Part shown: in pieces, positions 27,301 to 39,522 of the stretch | Position numbering within the stretch: the first letter of the stretch is position 1 | Layout of the letters: each line of letters opens with the position of its first letter | Source: Octopus sinensis | Lineage: Eukaryota | Direction of reading: 5' to 3' | Length of the DNA stretch: 57,453 nt | NCBI RefSeq assembly: GCF_006345805.1 | Contig: NW_021833609.1 | Coordinates: 1-57,453, forward strand | Made by a program: the position numbers and the translations under genes | The notes under the pieces: generated by a model | What the model saw: the letters and a program-made list of their open reading frames with translations, nothing else | Databases searched by the model: none | Told to the model about the DNA's origin: nothing

Positions 27301-29688
27301 ATGTTTACCTTAATATTGTTGATGTTGTTAATGGTTGACAGTTGCTGGTGTGTGGATCATACCTACCACGTCAAAGAGAACAATGATATAAACAGCTATA
27401 TTGGAGATATTGTCACTGATACGCACTTATTGGATAATATACAATCTCAAGATAACAGAAACATACTGACATTTAATATACTCCAGGGTGGTACCGATGG
27501 AAGTGTTCAGTTGTTTAATGTTACACCTGGAGGAAAACTGCACACAGCTGCCATATTGGATGCAGAAATTCTTTGTCAATATAATGTGGAATGTTTCAGG
27601 ATATTGGAAATAGCAGTTCAACATGGTCATTCTTTTCTCAAGATATTAGAAATCAAAGTTATGATAGAAGATGTCAATGATAATTCTCCCATGTTTCCCA
27701 ACAAAGACTTTAATATACAGTTTGATGAAAGTGCAACAAAAGGAAGAAAAGAAACACTTCCAAATGCCTTTGACAAAGATGTCAGTATTGAGAACTCAAA
27801 GCTTTCTTATGAACTGAGGAATAATAATAATAAAACTTTCCAATTAATGGTAATAAAAGTTTCTATCCGGAAAAGTAAAATAGAATTAATTCTGAATGGA
27901 AAACTAGACAGAGAAATGAAGAAAAATTATGATCTTCTTCTAATGGCTACAGATGGGGGATACCCTCCAAAACAAGCAGATATGGCCATACATATTTTAG
28001 TAAGAGATAAGAATGACAATGCACCTGTATTCTCCCAAAGTATTTATAATGTCACAGTCAAAGATACACAGAATTTGCATAAACCTATTTTGAATTTAAC
28101 TGCTACAGATGTAGATCAGGGTACGAATGGACAAATTCTATATACATTCAGTCCTGACACCTTAGATAAAGATAAGAAATTCTTTATTTTAAATCAGACA
28201 TCTGGAGAATTATTTGTGAAGAAAGAATTTGAATTTGGAAAAATCTATAAATTGTTAGTTGAAGCCACAGATAATGGAAAAATACCTATGTCTTCAACAG
28301 CCACCATCCTTATTAAAGGGATCAGTTACCTTAATAATCCACCAAAAATCCATGTAAAATTTATCTTAAAGTCAGCAGGAAACAAAACAGTAATCTCAGA
28401 AGCATCTAAAATTCACAGCTTTGTTGCTTATGTCAAAGTTACTGACAATGACAGTGGAGTAAATGGACAAGTGAAGTGCCATTTACAAAACAGATATCTT
28501 CAGCTTATCTCAATGTCTGAAAAGAAATACAAAATTGTTGTCAAGAGTGAAATAGATAGAGAGAGAGAGAAGAGCTTTAATTTCACCATTAAATGTCAAG
28601 ATAATGGTTTACCTCCATTGAAAGTAGAGAAACAGTTTTCTATGCTGGTTACTGACATAAATGATGTACAACCTCAGTTTAGTCAGGACATATTTAAGTT
28701 TCTCACCTATGAAAATGAACACAAAGACTTCCCTGTTGGCTATGTCAATGCCACAGACCCAGATATTGGGGACGGAGGACAATTAACCTATTCTCTATTA
28801 TCTAATGGAAAAGATATTCTACCATTTCAGATATCTGATGTGGGATTCATTTCCACAACTGAGTCCCTAGACAGAGAAGAAAAGAACCTGTATGAGTTTA
28901 AGGTTTTAGTAAAAGATAAAGGAACACCATCACTGGAGAAGAGAGCAAATGTTGTTGTTGAGGTTATGGATTTAAATGATAATGCTCCCTATTTCAGTTT
29001 CCCTAATGTTGACCCTTTCAGTCTTAATGTCCACTACCATCCCCACTCTGACCGTGATATCACAGTTGTTAGGGCCTCCGACAGAGACAGTCAACACAAT
29101 GCCTTCCTCACATATGAAATACTCAGAGGTAATGAGAAACACTTATTTCAAATGAACCATCACTCTGGTGTCTTATCTTTCTCTCGCTCACTTTACCAAA
29201 ATGATGCTGGATTCTATGAACTGGAATTAGGTGTGAAAGACAGTGGCAGTCCAGTTCTGTCATCGACAACAATTTTGTCTTTGACTCTAACAGTTAGTAA
29301 CACCACATCAAAGATATTTAAGACCCCTTCAAAGACAACAACAGAATCAAGTAATGGTCTCCAATTGAATGTGATGATTGTTATTGTTATAGCAGCTGTG
29401 ATCGTATCAGTTGTCATAGTGATCTCTATATCAATCTGTATAGTTCATAGACTGAAGCAGACAGACAGCAACTATAACAACAGTGTTGATATGTACCACA
29501 AGGTTACACCTACATTAAACATCCAACCAAAGTATACATTTGACCCTACCTGTGTTCCTCCTGGAGTTCAGTACACAATGGAGAGAAATGTGAAAAAATT
29601 TCAACAACCAATGGTAGACAGAGACAATATTCACTGCAGAACTATGTCTTATAGATGGAATGATCAGGCTTCAAGAGAAAACAATCAG
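27301..29688 (+). CDS. Protocadherin gene C, large exon; CDS join(27301..29688,30839..30989,31740..32035), 944 aa
   Basis: Acceptor tttcag| at 27268, ATG 27301 (MFTLILLMLLMVDSCWC). Six cadherin repeats + TM. Donor CAG|GTAAGA at 29688. Confidence 0.95.
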
Positions 29689-30838
29689 GTAAGATGAAAT
29701 GTTTGCCATTTTGCATATTAATTTTTAATCATTTCAAATGCAGCTTCTTCTGTACAGATTAAAAACAGAATTTTGCTTTTAAAATGTAAAGATATATTCA
29801 AAGTAACATATACTTTTACCTTGATGAAGTTTGAACCTCAAAATCTGAGATTCAATTGCAGAAATGGTTTCTAGATAATCTTCCTTAAACACAGTTGCTT
29901 TTGCAGATCTTAGTTTTGTTCCAACCAAAGACAGTAATCTCTATGTAGCGTTTAAAGATTACTAAAAATTTTGAAGCTGTAGTAAATGATGTTATAAATA
30001 GATCAACCTCTTCGATTTCAGTAAGTCACCACTCAATCAAGTGATCCCCTATAGTAGTATATCTTCTTAGACATCATCCACCATTTCTCTGACTACAATC
30101 TTTACCGATATTCACTTATATTACTATTAAATCACACCATGTAAGAGCTGCAATAGAAATTCAGAACCTACAAACATATATTGAATACGAGATATGCCAC
30201 TAAGAGATATGCTCAAGCGGTCAAGGCCAAACAACTGAGAAGCAAACCTGTGGTATTGAGCAGAACATTTGCTGTAAAGATATTTCTGTTTCAGCCACTC
30301 AGTGAAGAATGTGTCTGAAATGTAATGGAAAATCAGTGCGTTTGAAAACATTGATGTCAAAAGCAAAGTTTGAAGGGAATAGTAGTCATTTCGTTTGGTT
30401 TCTAGATAGAAGCAAATAGGAAATAACACTCACTGACTAAAGACAGAAAAAATTTAAAATCTTGTTACAGTGTTATTCATACCCTCATTGAACTTGGCAA
30501 GCTAAATTATTTGATATGAGTCTTATTTTCTTCTTTATCTAAGGTTTTTTTAATTATTGCCAATTCAACAGTTATAATAGTCTGTGTCAAGAGATAGTAA
30601 TTTTGTAGATATACTGGAGACAATGAACATAGAATATGCTATGATTGGTTCAAATATTCTGATTACTGTTTTGTGTCTATGTTAGAGTTCAACTTTTTAG
30701 CCTATGACTTGTACCATAGTTTAGAAATTAATATTCCACTTGATGGTTTGTTGATATTTTAATTTCTGGTTTATATTTCATATTTTCATTTTTGAATGTC
30801 CAGAACATTATGAAGATCCACTGAATTTATAATTTTAG

Positions 30839-30989
30839 ATGTTTGTTCCAAGGGAAGAAAGCATGTCTCCAGGTTACAGAGACCTAAACAGTGCTGACCA
30901 ATTCAGTGAGATGTCAACGTTGTCATCTCACACTGATAGTGGTCATGACTGGAGTGTCAGTAATGCTGGACACTATGAGGAACTGCCAG
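30839..30989 (+). CDS. Protocadherin gene C, 151-bp cytoplasmic exon
   Basis: ttttag|ATG...CCAG|gtaagt. MFVPREESMSPGYRDLNSADQFSEMSTLSSHTDSGHDWSVSNAGHYEELP. Confidence 0.9.
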
Positions 30990-31181
30990 GTAAGTTAGAA
31001 ATGTTGAATATTTCTATAATGTTAAGATGTATGTTATATATTTCCAACAATACTAGGAGGTCAAAAGTTGAAATGAATATTAAATAAGGGATTGATATAA
31101 TTATAATACCAAAGATGTAAATATTAATTCGATCAACTGATTGTCTATTTTTTTAGTTTAAAAGTGAGTTCATTTTCTATA

Positions 31182-31552
31182 TCTCTCTATATATAAACGG
31201 CAAAATATCTGTCTGTCTGTGTGTGTATCCTTTATACAAATCCACAATTTTTCAGTTAGAGGGCTCGCACTTTCTATGGTCATTCAAAACCGTCCAAGGG
31301 TGGTCGTGCACATCTTTACATTTCCCCAGTCACCCTGCAAAGCCATTAAAAAATCAATAGAAGTGACATTTTTGTGAATTTTCTATCCAAAACCCAATCA
31401 AAATGCTCGAAACTTGATATGCCTATTGAATACCAGCTAGCTGTATGTGATTGGTCGGAGATTTGGACAGTACTTGCGTATATGTGTGCACGCACGCAGC
31501 TGTATTGCATGCACTAGCACTATGACCCGGCAACGCCGGGTCATAGTGCTAG
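31182..31552 (+). mobile_element. Non-autonomous Helitron-like element with long 3' palindrome
   Basis: A|TCTCTCTATATATAA start, (CTGT)n tract, ends CTAGCACTATGACCCGG-CAACG-CCGGGTCATAGTGCTAG|T. Confidence 0.65.
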
Positions 31553-31739
31553 TTTCAATATATTCAGCAATATTATGAGCAATGTATATAAATACACAGA
31601 GATTTTCCCGCTAAAATATAGAAATATTAAAATTTTAGCTACTAAGAAGCAATTTAGTAAAACAGCATCATTTTGGTTTGTCTGAAATACATTCTAGATA
31701 GTGAACTCTTTGATTGATAAATTATTTGTTTCTTTCCAG

Positions 31740-32035
31740 ACCTGTGCCGTTACCAAGGTGAACTTACATGGAACAGGAGAAATCAACTTTCACCTACACT
31801 TAACAGATCACAGGGAGATAACAATAACAGATATTATCAACATAACGCTGACATAAACACGACCTGTTATCCTGACCAAATACCTGGTACCACATGGAAT
31901 TTAACTGAACAACCAGTTTCAGTACCAATGACAAGTCCGTTTACTTCATACAGTAATCCACCTCCACCAGATGTACCTAAAGTAACAACACTGCCAGAGA
32001 GTATCTTCAATACCTTAGGTATCACCAATTTATAG
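31740..32035 (+). CDS. Protocadherin gene C, terminal exon
   Basis: ttccag|AC CTG TGC CGT. DLCRYQGELTWNRRNQLS...PPPDVPKVTTLPESIFNTLGITNL*, TAG at 32033-32035. Confidence 0.85.
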
Positions 32036-32233
32036 CTATTACAAAACGCTTAGTTGTCAGCTTTAAGAGAACAATGAAATAATAATAATATACACGTCAA
32101 TCATCTCGTCTAGGTCGTCCCATGGGATGCTCCATAACTGTTTCCACATGTTTCCCCCATTCATCTCCATCTTCCATAATGGTCCTCAGCTCCTGTGCCC
32201 CTTCCATACCCGTATCCTCTAGCATATTTTATC

Positions 32234-32465
32234 TTACTCTTTACTCTCTTTTTACTCTCTTTTACTAGTTTCAGTCATTTGACTGCGGCCATGCTGGAGC
32301 ACCGCCTTTAGTCGAGCAAATCGACCCCGGGACTTATTCTTTTGTAAGCCCAGTACTTATTCTATCGGTCTCTTTTTGCCGAACCGCTAAGTGACGGGGA
32401 CGTAAACACACCAGCATCGGTTGTCAAGCAATGCTAGGGGAACAAACACAGACACACAAACACAT

Positions 32466-32496
<31 letters not shown>

Positions 32497-32666
32497 CGAC
32501 AGGCTTCTTTCAGTTTCCGTCTACCAAATCCAAATCCACTCACAAGGCATTGGTCGGCCCGGGGCTATGGCAGAAGACACTTGCCCAAGATACCACGCAG
32601 TGGGACTGAACCCGGAACCATGTGGTTGGTTAGCAAGCTACTTACCACACAGCCACTCCTGCGCCT
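32234..32666 (-). mobile_element. SINE family A (full length)
   Basis: Near-consensus reverse copy. A + strand 5' fragment follows at ~33088-33250. Confidence 0.85.
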
Positions 32667-33254
32667 TCTGTAGATTGAATAATCAATATTTATTGCATGT
32701 AATTATAATATAGGAATATTATCAGTTTTAATTACTTTTTCCTATTTATCTGTAGTCAAAATTAACTAAAGTATAAAAGACATATGATATTAAATAGCAT
32801 GAATAGAATTTCATTCGATATTAATTACTGGTATTAAATACTCAACCTCACGACAAAGACTACTTTAATTTAGAGATTTAAAGAGAAATACTTCTTCAGA
32901 AAAGATAATCCTCTTAAAATGTTTGTCAAAAGTATTCAATAGTAAATTGTTGACGTCATAAGAGAAAGTGAAATAATTCTTTTTTGTTTATTTTTGGAAC
33001 AGTGGATCTTGAAGCAGATGACAAAGCTATAAATGATAGTGTGTAAATGTTAGGTTAAAACATATTTTCCTTTTGAAAACCTTTTTCAGACATGGCTGTG
33101 TGGTAAGAAGCTTGCTTCCCAACCACGAGGTTCCTGGTTCAGTCCCACTGTTTCCCACCTTAAGCAAGTGTCTTCTATAATCTAGGGTCAACCAAAGCCT
33201 TGTGAGTGGATTTGGTAGATAGAAACTGAAAGAAATCTGTCACGTGCGTGTGTC

Positions 33255-33308
<54 letters not shown>

Positions 33309-33739
33309 TTACTAAGTGTGTGTGAGTGCAAAACTACATAACTTCTGAAGTTCGCAACTGATTTTCTCCAAACTGGGAACATACATTACTTATGTTCAAG
33401 AGATTGTTTTAGACCCTTAACATTTTTCACATAAGGTGTAATGGGACCTCTTGGGAACAGAAAACCCCCTTTCTTATGGTATTTATGACTACTGTGGTGA
33501 AGGAGGTAATTCTTTGCAAAGTAACTTTCAGAAATCGATTGTCTCCCTTACATCCAGCACAATGACACGATGTAGACTTGAGACTGCATTGTCTAAGTGG
33601 CAGCAATAATAGCGTGTTCCCATACAACCACAGGCAGCAATTTGTTGGAATAAAAACTGTTTGGAACGCACTATGTTTATTGTGAAAAATATGCTAAGAT
33701 ATGTTGAATCCTCAGACTATGCTATGACAATAACTATTT

Positions 33740-35187
33740 AGATGACCATGACCTTAGTAAATTCTGCCCCACCAGGTCACAGAGGGGAAGACCACCCACC
33801 ATCACTTCAGCAGTGAAGAAAAGCACCACAGAGTGCTGGGGTGGCTGGACCGCACCCACCCAAAACCCTGAGAACAACAATCAGGTGAAGGAAATGATTG
33901 CATGTGCAATAGGGGCCAGCGTAAAAACCACCTTGAAAAACCACATAGTAAAGTTTAATAAAAAACTATACACGCAGGTTCAAGGTGCAGCCATCTCCAG
34001 CTATACCTACACCAATGGCCGCACCTTGAACCTGCGTGTATAATTAGCAAAACAGTCCACAACTCTTCTACTCTACAGTAGATATGTAGATGACATTAAT
34101 ATCATAGTTAGGACCAACTCTAGTGACGGTAATGTAGAGACTGAGAAGAACGTAATGGAGAGCATCCAGCAAATAGCTAACTCCATTCACCAAAGTATCA
34201 AGAAAACTATAGATTACCCCACTAAGCACCCTAACAATAGACTCCCTGTACTTGATACTGAACTTTGGTTAGAGACTGTGAACCATAGAGTGCAGCTCCG
34301 ACACTCTTATTACATGAAACCCGTAAATTCAAAATATGTTGTTCACAAGAACTCAGCTTTGTCACACAACATGAAAATTAACATACTGATAGCAGACCTA
34401 GTTAGAATAATGAACAATGTGTCCCCACTATGCGAACCCTATGAAATGAAAAAAACATATACAGAACTTCATGCACCGCATGAAGTTCTCTGGATATGAT
34501 CAGAAAGATAGGGTTCGAGTATTCAGGGGGGCTAGAAAGAAGTTAGATAACATTATACGTAATGATACCAGTGGTACCTGCCCTAGATATAGAAACAAAG
34601 AATGGAATAGAATACAAAGAACTTGTGACAAAGCAAACAGGGTGAACACGTGGTATAAATCTGACAAATATCAAGGAGTGATGTTTGTAGAGGCCACATC
34701 CCATGGAGAACTAGCCTGTAGATTTAGAAAAGCTCTGAAGGAGACCAAACTCAACATTTAAATTGTTGAAAAGCCAGGGAACTCCGTCAGATAACAACTA
34801 TGTAGGATGTGCCCCTTTAAGAATACAATATGCACCAATGATAACTGCATGGTATGTAGAATTAGCCCTAGCATTAACTGTAAAGCTAGAAATGTAGTCT
34901 ACTGCATAAGATGCATAGAATGTGCTTGTAAAGACATGAACATGACGTACATAGGAGAGACATCTAGGAGCATAGCTGAAAGACTAAATGAACATCTGAG
35001 ACAATATGACAACAAAAAACAGTCCTCCATACTCTACCAACATGCCAAAGACCACCATGGAGGTAACTTGGGTCAACTTGACATCTGCATCTTATCCAAG
35101 CACCCAAAAGACCCAACACTCAGACAAATACGGGAGTACGTCCTTATAAATGAAACCTCCCCAATACTAAATAAGAAATATACATAG
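33740..35187 (+). mobile_element. Penelope-like element (degenerate RT + GIY-YIG endonuclease)
   Basis: YTQVQGAAI, RYVDDI (34080-34097), LPVLDT...YYMKP..S..VVH.NS..S...KINI are PLE RT motifs. A Cys-rich linker precedes NVVYCIRC..C...YIGETSRSIAERLNEH (GIY-YIG, ORF 34807..35187). Stops and frameshifts lie between segments. Confidence 0.85.
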
Positions 35188-35259
35188 TAAATACCATACC
35201 TCCATACCCACAGTTTACACAGGTAGAGTAGAATAGTTAGTGGACTGTTAGGTAGATAA

Positions 35260-35760
35260 ATGTATGTATGTGTGTGTATATGCACCCCCTTTTCTTTTTT
35301 TCTGTATGTAAGCATATAGATATGAAAATAAACAGATCAACATACAGATGGATAGGTACATAGGCTACAAGAACAGACACATATGGAGACATGGGTCCAC
35401 ACATATAAAGATGCACATCCATACATACAAACATGGTACATAGTTACATAACACACACACACACAGACATGCACACACAAGGGGACAGAGGTGCATACAT
35501 ATACAAACACATGCTCTCGCACACACATACATAGAAAATACACGAACACGAACATGCAAGCACATAAATATGCAGGATACGTACATACAGATGCACACAC
35601 ACACAGACATACATATGTACATATGCATATACACACACATATATACATACACATGCAAACACACACATACATACATACATACGTACATGTATGCATGTAT
35701 AGACACACACACACTGGCCCACACACATGCGCACAAACAAACAAAAAGGAACGCAGTGTA
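35260..35760. repeat. CA/TA-rich low-complexity tract
   Basis: Degenerate (CA)n/(CATA)n; explains the spurious overlapping ORFs 35337-35805. Confidence 0.85.
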
Positions 35761-36114
35761 AATAAGGGACAGAGTGAAGACTATTGAAAAGGTTGCAAGA
35801 CACAACGAAAATTTTAGGAAAATAAAAATAAGAAAAAAGGTGGAAATTTTACCGGTGAGTGTGTTAAATAATAAGGCACTAAAAGAGAATGACCCTCCCC
35901 AGACACAACAGAATATGCTTCAACACACAACTCATATAAAGAATCTTGCAAACCAAATCCAAAAACGAAATACATCAATAATACTTCCTAGAAATGTTAT
36001 CACCATTTTATTACAGACACTAAGTAGTGTTAATGAGAAATTCAAAATATTTGATCCTGAACACTTTTAATTAAGTCATAAAATATTTTATTCTTAAAAT
36101 ATGTATATATATAT

Positions 36115-36510
36115 AGGCGCAGGAATGGCTGTGTGGTAAGTAGCTTGCCTACCAACCACATGGTTCTGGGTTCAGTCCCACTGCGTGGCATCTTGGGCAA
36201 GTGTCTTCTGCTATAGCCCCGGGCCGACCAATGCCTTGTGAGTGGATTTGGTAGACGGAAACTGAAAGAAGCCTGTCGTATATATGTATATATATATATA
36301 TATATATGTGTATGTGTGTGTGTTTGTGTGTGTGTGTTTGTCCCCCTAGCATTGCTTGACAACCGATGCTGGTGTGTTTACATCCCCGTCACTTAGCGGT
36401 TCGGCAAAAGAGACCGGTAGAATAAGTACGGGGTCGATTTGCTCGACTAAAGGCGGTGCTCCAGCATGGCCGCAGTCAAATGACTGAAACAAGTAAAAGA
36501 GTAAAGAGTA
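36115..36510 (+). mobile_element. SINE family A (full length)
   Basis: tRNA-like head at 36115, (GAGTAAA) tail at ~36510. Confidence 0.85.
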
Positions 36511-36631
36511 ATATATATTCAATACTATTAACGAAACAGAATTTATTGCCTATCCTTGAAATTCTAGCTAACCATCGTTCTTCACTGTTCATTTACGTAC
36601 ATTTTATATACACCTACAACACGGATACGTA

Positions 36632-36843
36632 AGTGTATGTGGACAGCCTATCATTTACTGCAAGAACTGGAGGTTGTATTTCTGTTTCCTTGCATTGGAA
36701 TAATAGACAGCTTGTCATTGGCTACGACACATATTACATACTACACAACGAACTTGGTAGAACTACTTAATACTTTCACACATCAAACTGCTCGGAACTC
36801 CAGCTGCAACAGTAACAACTGCTTAAACAACAGACAACTGTTG
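36632..36843 (+). promoter_or_regulatory. Conserved promoter-like block + leader exon of Pcdh gene D (5' part degraded)
   Basis: GACAGCTTGTCATTGG 36706-36721 and donor CTGTTG|GTAAGT at 36843/36844 are intact. TGAGTCA is replaced by TGGACA and TTCCGTTTCC by TTCTGTTTCC. Confidence 0.65.
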
Positions 36844-36948
36844 GTAAGTATTCGTTACAAGCTATTTCTTGTGTATATTTGTGATTTAAACATTTAGTAA
36901 TATTTCTCAGTTTATCATTTGGAGAAAAAGAATATTAGTAAAAAAGTA

Positions 36949-37148
36949 ACTCTCTTTTTACTCTTTTACTTGTTTCAGTCGTTTGACTGTGGCCATGCTA
37001 GAGCACCGCCTTTAGTCGAGCAAATCGACTCCAGGACTTATTCTTTATGTAAGCCCAGTGCTTATTCTATCGGTCTCTTTTGCAGAACCGCTAAGTGACG
37101 GGGATGTAAACACACAGCATCGGTTGTCAAGCAATGCTAGGGGGACAA

Positions 37149-37213
<65 letters not shown>

Positions 37214-37378
37214 TACGACAGGCTTTTTTCAGTTTCCGTCTACCAAATCCACTCACAAGGCATTGGTCGGCCCGGGGCTATAGCAGAAGACACTTGCCCA
37301 AGATGCCACGCAGTGGGACTGAACCCAGAACCATGTGGTTGGTTAGCAAGCTACTTACGACACAGCCACTGCTGCGCC
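36949..37378 (-). mobile_element. SINE family A (full length), followed by a 3' half copy at 37480-37674
   Basis: Reverse copy, inverted relative to 36115-36510. Confidence 0.85.
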
Positions 37379-38385
37379 ACATTTCAATATTATAATTTCA
37401 AACTAATTAAATTCATCTTAGTTATATTCTCATTATATAAATGCATTTGTATCATGTGCCTTACTAATTACTGTGATATACTCTTTACTCTTTTACTTGT
37501 TTCAGTCATTTGACTGCAGCCATGCTGGAGCACCGCCTTTAATCGAGCAACTCGACTCCAGGACTTATTCTTTTTGTAAGCCCAGTACTTATTCTATTGG
37601 TCTCTTTTGCCGAACTGCTAAGTAACGGGAACATAAACACACCAGCATCGGTTGTCAAGCAATGCTAGGGGGACATTGTTATCAATTACTTAACAGTTTT
37701 TACTTCTGCTAATTTATACATATCATTAATAACCCAAGTTACATATTAATTAATATTAATTAATAATACAGTATGAGAATGTCATTGTGTATTTGGTCTT
37801 GGATACCTAAGCTTGAGATGGTGTGTGTGTGTGTGCGTGTGTGTATAAATCATCATCATCATTGATTAACATCTGCTTTCCATGCTGGGATGTGTTGGAC
37901 AGTTTGACTAAGGATTGGCAAGCCAGGAGGCTGCACCAGGCTCCAATCTGATCTGGATGCATTTCCTAATGCTAACAACTCCGTGTCTCATATTTTTGTT
38001 TGCCCACTCAGTTGTATTTATCAATTTATCTTTGTGTGTGTGCACGTGTATACATATATATAAAACACCCTAATGTGGGCCTTAACTCCCAAAGTTTAGT
38101 CATTTCTTTTATGATCCAAAAATAGGTCAAAAGTACTGAATGGATCTTCATGAAATTTGGAAATTATATTCTATGCATAAGGGCCATAACCCCCATGACA
38201 ATTCATATATTTTTGCTGTTGATGAAATTTTAACCATAGATATTAGAAAAAAATGAAGTAATATTTCTAAAATTTCATCTTCTTGCAAGTTACAAAGACC
38301 CCTCCATGGGGACTTAACACCATGGTGGTAGCATTCACTTAATGACACACTATAATTTAGTCAGTATGAGAAGGAAGGAAATGAC

Positions 38386-38803
38386 TGTATCTACTCATTA
38401 CAACAAGAGGATAGAATACACAAGGCGCTTGTAATAAGTCATAATTTTTATTGCAGATAATAGGTTCACATACAAGGTTAGTTGAAAGAATCTTATAACA
38501 TAACATGAACGTATTCTGTCTGCAGTCACATGTCTCCAAGTAAGAATGGTGAATCAGTGGGCTTGAGTGTGGTGGCTTGATCCAGTACACATTGAAGAAT
38601 CAACATGCACTGAATGGTGCAAATTAGAATTTCTTTCCTTTATATAGGGATGGACAGGAAGTCCCCGACTTTCACATAAAACCAGGAGTTCTAGAAGAAT
38701 CTCAAAAATTCTAGAAGCTTGAGGGAGATTACTCTCGTAACATCCCTTTTTTAGTTTTGTTTGCTGTCATAGCCACCAGGGGTCACTACATCACTCCCCT
38801 CTT
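38386..38803 (-). mobile_element. Probable LTR with adjacent polypurine tract (LTR-retrotransposon remnant; decayed internal region may extend to ~41000)
   Basis: TGTA...TACA termini at 38386 and 38790. Minus strand has PPT AAGAGGGGAGTGA just 5' of TGTAGTG, plus internal TATATAAA and AATAAA. A PBS-like TGTTGACCCGAC lies at ~40963-40974. Confidence 0.5.
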
Positions 38804-39119
38804 AGACAGACAGTTGATAAGCAGAACCATTGTAGCGATCCAGGGCAGATACGAAGCAAAATGAAGTAGCAGAAACATGTTCTTGAAAACAGGTAGTAAA
38901 ATAGAAAAAGCATGTTATTGCATCATGATAGATACTGAACATAATTGCAGAGTTTGGTGCAGTAAGCCTTTAGCTACACAGCTATGCACATCAAACTAAA
39001 TGCAAAACATGGAAAATGAAAAATACAATGTGGAAAAAAGCAGAGGAACAATGTTTGTGAATAACTTTCTTTGAAAAAGAAATAACAAACAGTTTGTGTT
39101 GTAATACAAAGTTAAATGT

Positions 39120-39522
39120 AGACGCAAGAGTGGCTGTGTGGTAAGTAGCTTGCTTACCAACGACATGGTTCTGGGTTCAGTCCCACTGCATGGCACCTTG
39201 GGCAAGTGTTCTCTACTATAGCCTCGAGCCGACCAAAGCCTTGTGAATGGATTTGGTAGATGGAAACTGAAAGAAGCCTGTCGTATATATATATATATGT
39301 GTTTATGTGTTTGTGTGTCTGTGTTTGTCACCCCAACATCGCTTGACAACCGATGCTGGTGTGCTCATGTCCCCGTAACTTAGTGGTGCAGCAAAAGAGA
39401 TCGATAGAATAAGTACTAGGCTTACAAAGAATAAGTCCTGAGGTTGATTTGCTCGACTAAAGGCGGTGCTCCAGCATGTCCACAGTCAAATGATTGAAAC
39501 AAGTAAAAGAGTAAAGAGAGTA
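39120..39522 (+). mobile_element. SINE family A (full length)
   Basis: Head and tail both present. Confidence 0.8.

Noticed and set aside
35337-35805. Overlapping 100-146 aa ORFs
   Set aside because: Artefacts of CA/TG microsatellite sequence.
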